Below, piece after piece: positions 7,157 through 16,744 of a stretch of DNA of 32,000 bases (its first letter is position 1; each line of letters begins with the position of its first letter). This DNA comes from Candidatus Saccharimonadota bacterium (GTDB lineage: Bacteria > Patescibacteriota > Saccharimonadia > Saccharimonadales > Saccharimonadaceae). The notes under the pieces were generated by a model. The model had not been told where the DNA came from and ran no database searches. It saw only the letters and a program-made list of their open reading frames with translations. The translations under genes and the position numbers were made by a program. The DNA is taken from contig JBAQRV010000001.1 of NCBI GenBank assembly GCA_049296095.1, forward strand, positions 678,318-710,317, written 5' to 3'.

Positions 7157-7936
7157 ATGGCTAGGGACAAGACGCTCATTATCGGTAACTGGAAGATGAA
7201 CCTCGGAGTACACGAGGCGAGTTTGTATTTGCATAAACTTGAGAAATCGGTCAAACAGCACCGAAATGTCGAAGTGGTGTTGGCGCCGACGATGCTCACC
7301 CTCCAGACACTGAGCCTACAGGTGAATTATCGTCAATTTAAACTCGCTGCTCAGAACTTCTACTGGCGTGATCACGGTGCATATACCGGTGAAGTTTCGG
7401 CGACGCAGCTGCGCGGGATCGTTTCTTATGCTCTCGTTGGACACTCTGAGCGACGTCATATCTTCCATGAATCCGACAAAGATACTCGTGCGAAGGTGCA
7501 GGCAGCGATTCGTAATGGGATTCGTCCTGTGCTTTGTGTTGGTGAAACGGCGAGCGAGCGGGCCTTGGATGAAACACAGGATGTGATTCATGATCAGCTT
7601 ATTGGTGGCCTCGCGAATGTGACGAGTGAAGAACTGGGGGAGGTGGTGATTGCATACGAACCAGTCTGGGCAATTGGCACGGGACAAAACGCCCTCCCAG
7701 GCGACGTGATTGCGGCTGTCCGTTCAATCCGCAGCCAGTTGAAGCATCTGTATGGCGCCAAGGCTGCTGATAGTGTCCAGGTCCTCTATGGGGGAAGTGT
7801 GACAGCTGACAGCGCTGCTGATTACCTTTCTCTTCCAGAAATCGACGGGTTATTGGTCGGCGGTGCTAGTTTAGATGAAAAAGCCTTTAGTAATATTGTC
7901 GAAAAAGCTTATACTAATGGTAAGAAAGATAAATAG
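7157..7936 (+). CDS. tpiA: Triosephosphate isomerase
   Basis: IIGNWKMN, VGHSERR and AYEPVWAIGTG motifs. The ORF track starts at GTG 7148, but ATG 7157 gives the canonical N-terminus (MARDKTLIIGNWKMN). Confidence 0.93.
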   Translation: MARDKTLIIGNWKMNLGVHEASLYLHKLEKSVKQHRNVEVVLAPTMLTLQTLSLQVNYRQFKLAAQNFYWRDHGAYTGEVSATQLRGIVSYALVGHSERRHIFHESDKDTRAKVQAAIRNGIRPVLCVGETASERALDETQDVIHDQLIGGLANVTSEELGEVVIAYEPVWAIGTGQNALPGDVIAAVRSIRSQLKHLYGAKAADSVQVLYGGSVTADSAADYLSLPEIDGLLVGGASLDEKAFSNIVEKAYTNGKKDK

Positions 7937-7944
7937 GGCGGGCG

Positions 7945-8805
7945 ATGCAAGATATTGATTTTGAAGAACTAGACCGAGCGGTCAACTCAGTGAGTGCTCC
8001 TTCGGCACCAAAAACTGAGGCTGCTTCTTCTGATAGCGTCCCTGTGACCGTGCAGTCTGCACCCGCGCCAACTCCTTCAACTCCTGCGGCACGTCGTAGT
8101 TCGGGACGATTCATGGATGTTGTACATCCCTCTTCTGATATGCGCACATCCTCGGTTCCTGAGCGTTCAACACCTCGTTCCGAGCCAGAATCCAGCCCTA
8201 CCCCGACGACAGAACGATCGACTGACTGGCCTGACCCACTTGATTTTCATGGCTTTAAGGATGAACCAGAATCGACCCCAGAACCTGTGACACCGCAGGA
8301 GGTACCACAGGATTCACTCGAATCACCATTCCTCAGTGACGCTAAGGTAGAAAAACGACCGCTCGGTGGTTTCTCAACTGAGACAACTGTCGCTACACCA
8401 CTCGAGACTCCTAATGAGCCTGAGCTGCTTCTCGAAGCGCCACAAGAAGAGGAATTGCTTACTGCGACCACCGAAGAGAGTGACAAGGCAGAACCGATTT
8501 CGGATGCCGAATTGCCGCAAGAGGACGAAAAACCGGTCATTCAACCAACTCCAGAACCAACGCCCGCTCCTGCTGAAGACATGACGTCTGTTCCTGCTTC
8601 AATCACGCAGCAATATAAAGAACAGCCAAGCACGACCGAACAAACCTCAGGGCCTATTTTTGATACCGAATCATACCACCAGCCCCTGACTCATACTCCA
8701 AAGAAGAAATCCGGCGCACTCGTCGTTGTGTGGATCGCTGCCCTTATCCTGATTGGTGCTGGCGCTGGTGCCGCAGTGTACTTCTTCGTTCTTCCGATGC
8801 TTTAA
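7945..8805 (+). CDS. Hypothetical acidic Pro/Ser/Thr/Glu-rich protein with a single C-terminal transmembrane anchor
   Basis: 286 aa, low-complexity through most of its length. C-terminal hydrophobic span ALVVVWIAALILIGAGAGAAVYFFVLPML. Confidence 0.65.
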   Translation: MQDIDFEELDRAVNSVSAPSAPKTEAASSDSVPVTVQSAPAPTPSTPAARRSSGRFMDVVHPSSDMRTSSVPERSTPRSEPESSPTPTTERSTDWPDPLDFHGFKDEPESTPEPVTPQEVPQDSLESPFLSDAKVEKRPLGGFSTETTVATPLETPNEPELLLEAPQEEELLTATTEESDKAEPISDAELPQEDEKPVIQPTPEPTPAPAEDMTSVPASITQQYKEQPSTTEQTSGPIFDTESYHQPLTHTPKKKSGALVVVWIAALILIGAGAGAAVYFFVLPML

Positions 8806-8831
8806 GCCTAGGCTGAGTCCCCCGGCTCGGC

Positions 8832-8837
8832 TATAAT
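8832..8837 (+). promoter_or_regulatory. -10 box TATAAT 7 nt upstream of the pcrA ATG (leaderless-type)
   Basis: ggcTATAATagaaggaATG. No SD fits in the 7-nt gap. Confidence 0.45.
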
Positions 8838-8844
8838 AGAAGGA

Positions 8845-10953
8845 ATGAATTTACTTGAGGGTTTAAACGAGGCACAGCAAGAGGCCGCGAAGGTCACGAC
8901 TGGCCCTCTCTTGATTTTAGCTGGTGCGGGAAGTGGAAAAACTAAAACACTGACGCATCGAATCGCCCGGCTGGTTGCTGAAGAAGGTGTCTGGCCGAAT
9001 CAAATTCTGGCGGTTACTTTCACCAATAAAGCAGCTCGCGAAATGCGTGAGCGCCTTAGTCACCTCTTGGGACAAGAGAATAATCGCAACTTTATGCCGT
9101 GGATGGGAACATTCCACGGTATTTGCGTGCGTTTGCTTCGAATGGATGGTCAGGCAATTGGGATTGCTCGAAACTTCGTCATTTATGACGAGGATGATCG
9201 GCAGTCTTTGATCAAGCAGGCGATGAAGCAACTCTCGATCAGCGACAAAGAAATCAAGGCCTCACAGGCAAGCAGTACAATCTCGAATGCCAAGAACGAA
9301 ATACGCACGCCAGATGATTATGAAACGGCGGCGAACTATCCTTATGAGAAAAATATCGCCAAGATCTACAAACGCTATGAAACCATGCGCAAGGAAGCGG
9401 GAGCGCTTGATTTCGATGATCTGCTTCTCGATGGTGTCCGTTTGCTCCGTGATGATCCTGCAATGCGCAAGAAATGGCGAGACCACTTTAAATATATCTT
9501 GATTGATGAGTACCAAGACACCAACGCTGCGCAGTATCAGCTGGTGAAGTTATTGGTGAATGACGATAAGAACATTTGCGTGGTCGGTGATGACTGGCAA
9601 TCGATCTATAGCTGGCGTGGTGCCGACTTTACCAATATTCTGAATTTTGAACGGGACTTTCCTGGTGCGAAGGTGGTCAAGTTGGAGCAAAATTATCGTA
9701 GTACCGGCAATATCCTCGAAGCTGCGCACAACGTTATTTCAAAAAATACCCAACGAACTGACAAGAAACTTTGGACGGCTGAGGGCCCCGGTTCACCGGT
9801 CCAGGTGCACGGGGTATATGATGAGGCTGAAGAGGCGAGAATGGTGGCTGAGCGGATCTCGACACACGTGGCAATGAAGGCACGAACTTTTGATGAGTTT
9901 GCCGTTTTGTACCGTACGAACGCTCAGAGCTATACTTTAGAACGAGCTTTCTTGCAATTACGCGTCCCCTATCAATTAGTTGGCGGCGTGCGTTTCTATG
10001 ACCGCAAGGAAATTAAAGATGTTATCGCCTATCTGCGATTACTCTACCAACCAAATGACCGGATGAGCTTTAGCCGTATCGCCAATGTCCCCGTCCGCGG
10101 CGTCGGTGCAACCAGTCTCGAAAAGTTCTTTGATTGGCAGTCTGCCAGTGGGTTGGATATCATTACGGCGCTCAATGAGGTCGAGGGAACGAGTACTATT
10201 ACGGCACGCGCAAAACAAAGTCTCGGTACTCTTGGACGTATTCTACGGGGACTGACGCTGTCTATCGAAACTTCTTCACCAGCTGAACTTATTGAGTCAG
10301 TGATCAGCGCAGTTGGGTATCGTGATTATATCCTTGATGGTACTCCACAGGCCGAGGACAGAGAGGCAAATATTGGCTCGCTATTGTCCGATGCGCAGAA
10401 CTTTAGTGACTTGCCTGACTTCCTCGAGGAAGTTGCGCTGATGTCGAGCGCCGATAATAGTGCAGATGGACAGAAAGTAACACTTATGACACTCCATGCT
10501 GCCAAAGGGCTAGAGTTCCCGGTTGTCTTTATTGTCGGTATGGAGGAAGGGATTATTCCGCATGCCCGTGTTTTTGAATCAGGCCCCGCTGAGCTAGAAG
10601 AGGAGCGTCGTCTGGCCTATGTTGGCATGACGCGTGCTCGTGAAGAGTTGCATCTCAGCTATGCCTATAGCCGTTTGCAGTTTGGCCAGCGTAGCTATAA
10701 TCCAATGTCACGGTTCATTAGTGATATGGGTGACCAGATTGTGGCCAGTGAGCCTGCTTCGTTGATGGGTCAGCGGCAGGATGAACCGTTTTATAGTGAT
10801 GACCTCGGCTTTGCAGTTGGTGATCATGTCAAATCAGCTGCCTTTGGAACAGGCGAGATCATTGACGTCGATGGCATGGCCGTCACGGTTGCGTTTAAGG
10901 GTGGACAGACCAAGAAGCTCAACGCCGAATATGCTCGGCTCGAAAAGCTTTAG
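8845..10953 (+). CDS. pcrA: ATP-dependent DNA helicase PcrA/UvrD family
   Basis: 702 aa. Walker A AGAGSGKT, DEYQDTN, VGDDWQSIYSWRGA, TLHAAKGLEFP, and YVGMTRAREEL. Confidence 0.93.
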   Translation: MNLLEGLNEAQQEAAKVTTGPLLILAGAGSGKTKTLTHRIARLVAEEGVWPNQILAVTFTNKAAREMRERLSHLLGQENNRNFMPWMGTFHGICVRLLRMDGQAIGIARNFVIYDEDDRQSLIKQAMKQLSISDKEIKASQASSTISNAKNEIRTPDDYETAANYPYEKNIAKIYKRYETMRKEAGALDFDDLLLDGVRLLRDDPAMRKKWRDHFKYILIDEYQDTNAAQYQLVKLLVNDDKNICVVGDDWQSIYSWRGADFTNILNFERDFPGAKVVKLEQNYRSTGNILEAAHNVISKNTQRTDKKLWTAEGPGSPVQVHGVYDEAEEARMVAERISTHVAMKARTFDEFAVLYRTNAQSYTLERAFLQLRVPYQLVGGVRFYDRKEIKDVIAYLRLLYQPNDRMSFSRIANVPVRGVGATSLEKFFDWQSASGLDIITALNEVEGTSTITARAKQSLGTLGRILRGLTLSIETSSPAELIESVISAVGYRDYILDGTPQAEDREANIGSLLSDAQNFSDLPDFLEEVALMSSADNSADGQKVTLMTLHAAKGLEFPVVFIVGMEEGIIPHARVFESGPAELEEERRLAYVGMTRAREELHLSYAYSRLQFGQRSYNPMSRFISDMGDQIVASEPASLMGQRQDEPFYSDDLGFAVGDHVKSAAFGTGEIIDVDGMAVTVAFKGGQTKKLNAEYARLEKL

Positions 10954-11018
10954 CATGACGCTGGCGGCCTTGTTTGCTATACTAAAAGGAACACCTAGGG
11001 GGTGTTAAGTAAATAGTA

Positions 11019-12197
11019 ATGAAACAACTACGACACAGGTCCACCATATTCGTGAGCGTCGGTATAGCTACCGCTGTGCTTTTACTTGTCTCCCTTATTT
11101 CTTTTGTTAGTCCACGAGTCATGGCAAGTACTCAATCTGGCCGCCTGGTGACGATTCATGATCGTGGTGAGCAGAAGTCCTTCCTGAGTGACGCCGAGAC
11201 GGTTGCCGATGCGTTGAGCGATGCGGGGGTGACGCTTGATGCTCACGATGCAATTGAGCCAGCGCTTGATCAAAAACTGATTGCGCGGGAATATGAAGTA
11301 AATATCTATAGGGCTCGTCCTGTTATCGTGATTGACGGTCCGACGCGTCAGAAGGTAATGACGCCGTATCAAGTAGCCGACCGCATCGTGAAAGATGCGG
11401 GTGTTACTTTGTACCCAGAAGATACGACGTCCGTCACGCGAACGAACGATTTGGTATCCGATGGTGCTGGATTACAGCTGACAATTGATCGAGCTATGCC
11501 GATGACCTTGACACTTTTTGGAAGTAAAACCGAGATTCGGACTCAAGGTGAGACTGTTGGTGATATGCTGCGAGAAAAGGGTGTGGAGCTAGCGCAGAAC
11601 GATCGGGCGTCGGTCGCTTTATCCACGCCAATTCAAGCCGGAATGAATGTGTCGGTCTGGCGCGAAGGCAAGCAGACGGTGACTGTACAGGAAGAGGTGG
11701 CGTTTGGTGTCGAAGTGATTCGTGATGCTGATCAATATACCGACTACAAGGCTGTACAATCGGCTGGACAAGCGGGTCAGCGTAATGCTACCTATGAAAT
11801 TGAAATTAAGGATGGCATCGAAGTGAGTCGAGTTGAAATTGCTTCACTAGTGACGCTTCAGCCCGTCAAGCAAGTGGAAGTTGTTGGAGTGAAGGTGAAA
11901 GTCATGCCATATACAGGTGGGGGGACGAAAACGGAGTGGCTGGCTGCTTCAAATATCCCTCAAGAATCATGGGGATACGCCGATTTTATGGTCCAGAAGG
12001 AAAGCGGCTGGAATCCGAACGCGATCAACAAAAGCTCAGGTGCTTGTGGGCTTGCCCAGGCGTTACCTTGTTCAAAGGTCCCTGGCGACCCTTACAATCC
12101 TGTAAACTCCCTTAACTGGATGAATAGTTACGTCAACGGTCGTTACGGTGGTTGGCAGGGCGCATACAACTTTTGGGTAGCGAATCACTGGTACTAA
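11019..12197 (+). CDS. RpfB/YabE-like cell-wall protein: TM anchor, DUF348-like repeats, G5-like domain, C-terminal lysozyme-like (SLT/Apf-type) domain
   Basis: 392 aa with an N-terminal hydrophobic span. Repeated ~45-aa units carry ..TVGD(A/M)L...GV.L...D pattern. C-terminus QKESGWNPNAINKSSGACGLAQ...GGWQGAYNFWVANHWY. Synteny with rsmA directly downstream matches rpfB-ksgA and yabE..ksgA arrangements. Confidence 0.8.
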   Translation: MKQLRHRSTIFVSVGIATAVLLLVSLISFVSPRVMASTQSGRLVTIHDRGEQKSFLSDAETVADALSDAGVTLDAHDAIEPALDQKLIAREYEVNIYRARPVIVIDGPTRQKVMTPYQVADRIVKDAGVTLYPEDTTSVTRTNDLVSDGAGLQLTIDRAMPMTLTLFGSKTEIRTQGETVGDMLREKGVELAQNDRASVALSTPIQAGMNVSVWREGKQTVTVQEEVAFGVEVIRDADQYTDYKAVQSAGQAGQRNATYEIEIKDGIEVSRVEIASLVTLQPVKQVEVVGVKVKVMPYTGGGTKTEWLAASNIPQESWGYADFMVQKESGWNPNAINKSSGACGLAQALPCSKVPGDPYNPVNSLNWMNSYVNGRYGGWQGAYNFWVANHWY

Positions 12198-12198
12198 T

Positions 12199-12975
12199 AT
12201 GACTGGTCCAAAAAAATCACTCGGACAACACTGGCTCAAGGATCGTGACGTTCTGGCGGGCATTGCCGAAGCGGCTGATATTCGGCCAACTGACGCAGTG
12301 CTCGAGATTGGCCCTGGCTTGGGGACATTGACCAGTGAACTCTTGCGACGCGCTAACAGAGTGATCGCGGTCGAACTTGATAAAGAACTTGCCACGAAGC
12401 TACCAGGTCAGTTTCCTGGTACGAATCTAGAGGTTGTTCGGCAGGATATTCTGAGTTTTGACTTATCAAAATTACCTAAAGACTATGTTGTCGTGGCGAA
12501 TGTTCCGTACTATATCACCTCAAAAATCATTCAACTATTATTAAATGCTGATAATAAACCCAGGGTAGCAGTCTTGTTGGTGCAGAAGGAAGTGGCTGAG
12601 CGGTTGGCTGCAGGGGCAGGTGATATGAGTATTCTTGCCATCAGCGCCCAGCTGTTTTCCGAAGTCTCACTTGGTGATGTTGTACCGGCTCGTTTCTTTA
12701 CACCGCCACCAAAGGTAGATAGTCAGGTGGTAGTGTTGAAATTGCGCGATCATCCCCTTGTTTCGGCAGAGGATGAGAAGGAATTTTTCCGTGTCGTGAA
12801 GGCCGGGTTCTCGGCTAAACGTAAAAAGCTTCGAAGTAGTCTATCTGGTGGATTGGGCATTTCGAAATTTGAGGTAGAGGAGTTGCTCCGGCGTGCCTCG
12901 ATCAGTGCTGATGCTCGGGCAGAATCTTTATCGATTGATGATTGGACTCGTCTCGTGAAAATTGCTGCCTCATAG
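12199..12975 (+). CDS. rsmA: 16S rRNA (adenine1518/1519-N6)-dimethyltransferase RsmA/KsgA
   Basis: 258 aa. KSLGQHWL, SAM motif VLEIGPGLGTLT, NVPYYITS. Confidence 0.93.
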   Translation: MTGPKKSLGQHWLKDRDVLAGIAEAADIRPTDAVLEIGPGLGTLTSELLRRANRVIAVELDKELATKLPGQFPGTNLEVVRQDILSFDLSKLPKDYVVVANVPYYITSKIIQLLLNADNKPRVAVLLVQKEVAERLAAGAGDMSILAISAQLFSEVSLGDVVPARFFTPPPKVDSQVVVLKLRDHPLVSAEDEKEFFRVVKAGFSAKRKKLRSSLSGGLGISKFEVEELLRRASISADARAESLSIDDWTRLVKIAAS

Positions 12976-12981
12976 TGCTCG

Positions 12982-12990
12982 TGCTAAAAT
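12982..12990 (+). promoter_or_regulatory. Extended -10 TGcTAAAAT 9 nt upstream of ATG 13000 (leaderless-type)
   Basis: gTGcTAAAATagcagcactATG. Confidence 0.4.
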
Positions 12991-12999
12991 AGCAGCACT

Positions 13000-14430
13000 A
13001 TGAAGCAACGCTCAACAACTCTGCGATCTCAAGCTTTTACGATCGTCGAATTGATTATTGTCGTAGCTGTCATCGGTATCTTAGCAACGATCGGTATCGT
13101 TTCATACGGGGCAATACAGGCGAACGCTCGTGATAAAGCAATCTTATCTGATCTTGATGGCGTGGCTGGCGAATTAGCGCATTACGCGGTGAATAATGCT
13201 GGGGTATATGGAAGTGCTGTAGAGTGGTATTCCCCAGATGGCGAGAATGTAAACATACGATTTAGCCCTTCTAATGGCAACGTCATTGATGTCGTTGCAA
13301 ATGATACAGATTATTGTATTAGAGGATATAATTTAGCTGCTGGGCAATATAGATCTCTCGCAACAGCGTACACGAAGGGCTCAAGTTCGACCGCTTGTGA
13401 TACTCTTAGTGCTTCGAGTGCAGCTATTGCTGCGGGGACGGCTGCTTTCACTGACCTCACTTGGACGCCGCAGTCCAGCCCAGGGACGCATCGCTGGAGT
13501 ACGGTCGCAATATCTGCTGATGGCACAAAGCAAGCCGCCGGTGTTTCAAACGGAGGATATGTCTATACATCAGATGATTCAGGATCCACCTGGACGGCTC
13601 GTACAAGTCTAGGATCACGTTATTGGACTTCTATTGCAATGTCATCTGACGGAAGTAAGTTAATAGCTGCGTATAGCACTGGTCTCCCTGGGTCATACCT
13701 TTATAGGTCGACCGATGGTGGTGTAACATGGTCCTCCCTTGCGAGCGCTGGACAGAGGTCGTCGTGGGGTGTCGTTGCATCCTCGGCTGACGGGACAATC
13801 TTATATGCGGGAGCTGGCTATGATCCATCAGGTTCGTATATACAGAAGTCGACAGATTCAGGTGCTACCTGGTCGCCTCTCACAAGCTCGCTCATGAGTG
13901 GATATGGTTGGGGTTCGGGGACGATTGATGTCTCATCCGATGGGAGCAAGCTGGTCATGGTACAAGGTGGGAACTTGTATGTATCAACTGATGGGGGTGC
14001 TACTTGGAACTTACGGATTACAGCGACAGGGAGTATATATGTCGTTAATCCAACTATATCTGCGGATGGAACTAAATTGGCAGCTACTGTCTCCACATCG
14101 GACACTACCGGTTCTATCATGACATCTACAGATTCGGGGGCTACATGGACGACACAAGCAGGAGCGGGAACGCATCACTGGCATGGCATCGCATCCTCAT
14201 CTAACGGTTCTCGTCTCGTTGCGGGCATCGACCCAGATGCCTCTACTGGCGGCAGCACTCATAATGGTCAAGTATATACCTCATTGGATAGTGGAGTGAC
14301 CTGGACGCAGCAGAGCGGACCTAGCCCAGGTAACTATAGGGCGGTCGGTATTTCGGGAGATGGTTTAAAACTTATAGTCGGGTCATATTACAACTCACTC
14401 ATCAATACTGGCGTCTACACCGCTCCTTAA
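13000..14430 (+). CDS. Type IV pilin-like N-terminus fused to a BNR/Asp-box beta-propeller domain
   Basis: 476 aa. The class III signal-like N-terminus RSQAFTIVELIIVVAVIGILATIG has Ala, not the canonical Gly, at -1. There are six S-x-D-x-G-x-T-W boxes (SDDSGSTW, STDGGVTW, STDSGATW, STDGGATW, STDSGATW, SLDSGVTW) alternating with S(S/A)DG(S/T)KL strands. Confidence 0.8.
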   Translation: MKQRSTTLRSQAFTIVELIIVVAVIGILATIGIVSYGAIQANARDKAILSDLDGVAGELAHYAVNNAGVYGSAVEWYSPDGENVNIRFSPSNGNVIDVVANDTDYCIRGYNLAAGQYRSLATAYTKGSSSTACDTLSASSAAIAAGTAAFTDLTWTPQSSPGTHRWSTVAISADGTKQAAGVSNGGYVYTSDDSGSTWTARTSLGSRYWTSIAMSSDGSKLIAAYSTGLPGSYLYRSTDGGVTWSSLASAGQRSSWGVVASSADGTILYAGAGYDPSGSYIQKSTDSGATWSPLTSSLMSGYGWGSGTIDVSSDGSKLVMVQGGNLYVSTDGGATWNLRITATGSIYVVNPTISADGTKLAATVSTSDTTGSIMTSTDSGATWTTQAGAGTHHWHGIASSSNGSRLVAGIDPDASTGGSTHNGQVYTSLDSGVTWTQQSGPSPGNYRAVGISGDGLKLIVGSYYNSLINTGVYTAP

Positions 14431-14436
14431 CAGATC

Positions 14437-14445
14437 TGTTATAAT
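14437..14445 (+). promoter_or_regulatory. Extended -10 TGtTATAAT 7 nt upstream of the metG ATG (leaderless-type)
   Basis: cTGtTATAATagccccaATG. Confidence 0.5.
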
Positions 14446-14452
14446 AGCCCCA

Positions 14453-15946
14453 ATGGAAAAGAAGCTCTACATCGCGACCGCTATTCCCTACGTCAACGGC
14501 ACGCCACATATTGGTAATGCCCTCGATTATTTATTAGCTGATATTTGGACCCGCTACGAAAAACAATTAGGTCATGAAGTTCGTTTCCAAGTTGGTACCG
14601 ATGAACATGGTAATAAGATTGCCGCAAAGGCTGCCGAGGCTGGTATCGATCCACAGACTTATACTGACCAGGCCTATGTTAATTTTGAAAATCTGATGAA
14701 GAAAATGACCACATCGTACACGGATTTTGTGCGTACAACCGACCCCCATCACGTATCATCAGTTCAATACATTTGGCAACAACTCCAGCCGTATATTTAC
14801 AAAGGCTCCTACCAAGGTTGGTACTGCGTTGGTCACGAAGCTTTCTTCACCGACAAAGAAGTCCAAGCGACAAATGGTGTCTGCCCTGATCATCAAACGC
14901 CATACCAGCAGGTGAGCGAAGAAAACTACTATTTTAAAACCAGCGCTTTTACAGACCAGATCAAAGCAGCATTGAACGATGGAACGATGCAAATCGTTCC
15001 CGAATTCCGTAAACTAGAATTCCTTGAGCTTATTAAGAATGGCTTACCTGATGTTAGTGTGTCGCGTCCGAAGAAGAACCTCAGTTGGGGCATTCCTGTG
15101 CCTGGTGATCCTGATCAGATCATGTATGTTTGGCTGGATGCGCTTGCAAATTATATTACGGTGATTGGCTATCCAGACCGCCCGGAATGGCAAGAATACT
15201 GGCCTGCCGATGTGCAGGTAATCGGTAAAGATATTCTTCGCTTTCACGCTGGGATCTGGCCAGCTATGCTTCTAGGCCTGGGGCTTGCGCTGCCAAAGAA
15301 ACTGCTCGTCCATGGTTTCGTCAATGTCGGCAGTGCCAAAATGAGCAAAACTGTCGGCAATGTTGTTGATCCTAACGAGATCATCGATAACTATGGCCTC
15401 GATGCTTTTCGCTACTTCTTCTCACGTCACATTCCAACGCTTGATGATGGCGATTTCACTTGGGAAAAGTTTGAGAACGCCTACAATAACGAGCTGGGTA
15501 ATGATCTTGGTAACTTGATCCAGCGTGTCTCTAGCATGATTACAAAATATCAAGCAGGTGTGATTGGTGAGTCTGAACAAACCGAGCATGACATGAGTGC
15601 CTATCACGAGGCGATGGAAAATCTTGAATTTAATAAAGCGATTGATGAAGTATGGAATATGGTCCGCAGCCTCAATCAATACATTGATAACGTGAAGCCT
15701 TGGGAAGTTGCCAAAGGAATCGGCAAGGATGCCGAGGCTGAACCACACTTATCTGAAATACTGGCACACTGTGCAGGGGCGCTGATCCAAATCGGTGATC
15801 TATTACTTCCCTTCTTGCCTGGTACGGCCGGGGCGATTCATCAAATCTTTGAAAGTGGCGTGATCAAGGCGTCTGACGGGGTTCTTTTTCCTAAAATCTA
15901 CCGTCACACACCAGATCCTCACGCACCGAAACCAGATGCTAGTTGA
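14453..15946 (+). CDS. metG: Methionine--tRNA ligase (short form, no C-terminal tRNA-binding domain)
   Basis: 497 aa. The HIGH-type motif PHIGNALDY and the KMSKS motif (SAKMSKTVGN) are both present. Confidence 0.93.
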   Translation: MEKKLYIATAIPYVNGTPHIGNALDYLLADIWTRYEKQLGHEVRFQVGTDEHGNKIAAKAAEAGIDPQTYTDQAYVNFENLMKKMTTSYTDFVRTTDPHHVSSVQYIWQQLQPYIYKGSYQGWYCVGHEAFFTDKEVQATNGVCPDHQTPYQQVSEENYYFKTSAFTDQIKAALNDGTMQIVPEFRKLEFLELIKNGLPDVSVSRPKKNLSWGIPVPGDPDQIMYVWLDALANYITVIGYPDRPEWQEYWPADVQVIGKDILRFHAGIWPAMLLGLGLALPKKLLVHGFVNVGSAKMSKTVGNVVDPNEIIDNYGLDAFRYFFSRHIPTLDDGDFTWEKFENAYNNELGNDLGNLIQRVSSMITKYQAGVIGESEQTEHDMSAYHEAMENLEFNKAIDEVWNMVRSLNQYIDNVKPWEVAKGIGKDAEAEPHLSEILAHCAGALIQIGDLLLPFLPGTAGAIHQIFESGVIKASDGVLFPKIYRHTPDPHAPKPDAS

Positions 15947-16679
15947 TACCCACTGTCACATTCATGAATCAGAATTCCCGCTTGACCGAGAAGAGACACT
16001 GACCCGAGCTCGAGAGGCAAAGGTAGCACTATCAATTTGTGTCGGTACTAATATATTAAGCTCTCAGGAGGCAATTGAGTTTGCTGTGAGGCACGATGGC
16101 GTATTCGCCTCTGTTGGTGTTCACCCTCATGATACGAAAGATGGCTTTGATATCACCAATTTTGCCGATAAAGATAAAGTGATTGCGATCGGCGAGATCG
16201 GCCTGGATTATTTTTACACGAACAGTCCTCGAGAGGTTCAGATCGAGGCGCTCAAAGCACAGATTGAAGTGGCGATGAAGCATAATTTGCCAATTATTTT
16301 TCACGTTCGCGAAGCCTTTGATGATTTCTGGCCGATCTTTGATAGCTTTGAAGGTATCCGCGGTGAGCTTCATAGCTTTACGGATTCACAGGAGAATCTC
16401 CAAAAGGCACTCAATCGAGGGCTCTATATTGGCGTGAATGGCATCAGCACCTTTACAAAAGACGAAGCCCAACAAGCAACGTTTGATGCCATACCGCTTG
16501 ATCGTTTACTCCTTGAAACGGATGCGCCGTTCTTGACGCCTGCTCCTTTTCGTGGTAAGGTAAACGAGCCTGCAATGGTGAGGACAATCGCTGAATATCA
16601 TGCCAAAAGACGTGGTATTTCTGTCGAAGAAATCGCCAGCGCGACCAGCGAAAACGCACAGACGTTGTTCGCACTCTAA
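15936..16679 (+). CDS. tatD: TatD-family metal-dependent hydrolase/DNase
   Basis: 247 aa. N-terminal VDTHCHI, GEIGLDY, LETDAPFL. It overlaps metG by 11 nt, and metG-tatD synteny is common. Confidence 0.9.
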   Translation: MLVDTHCHIHESEFPLDREETLTRAREAKVALSICVGTNILSSQEAIEFAVRHDGVFASVGVHPHDTKDGFDITNFADKDKVIAIGEIGLDYFYTNSPREVQIEALKAQIEVAMKHNLPIIFHVREAFDDFWPIFDSFEGIRGELHSFTDSQENLQKALNRGLYIGVNGISTFTKDEAQQATFDAIPLDRLLLETDAPFLTPAPFRGKVNEPAMVRTIAEYHAKRRGISVEEIASATSENAQTLFAL

Positions 16680-16744
16680 GACAAACATCCATCAATCATG
16701 ATTCATAGGAGTATGAAGCTATTAACGACGCGCCACAACAGAAA

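Noticed and set aside
12974-12999. Hairpin agtgct...agcact after rsmA as a terminator
   Set aside because: It has a 6-bp stem, a 14-nt loop and no U-tract. The loop contains the -10 box of the next gene, so it more likely just overlaps promoter sequence.
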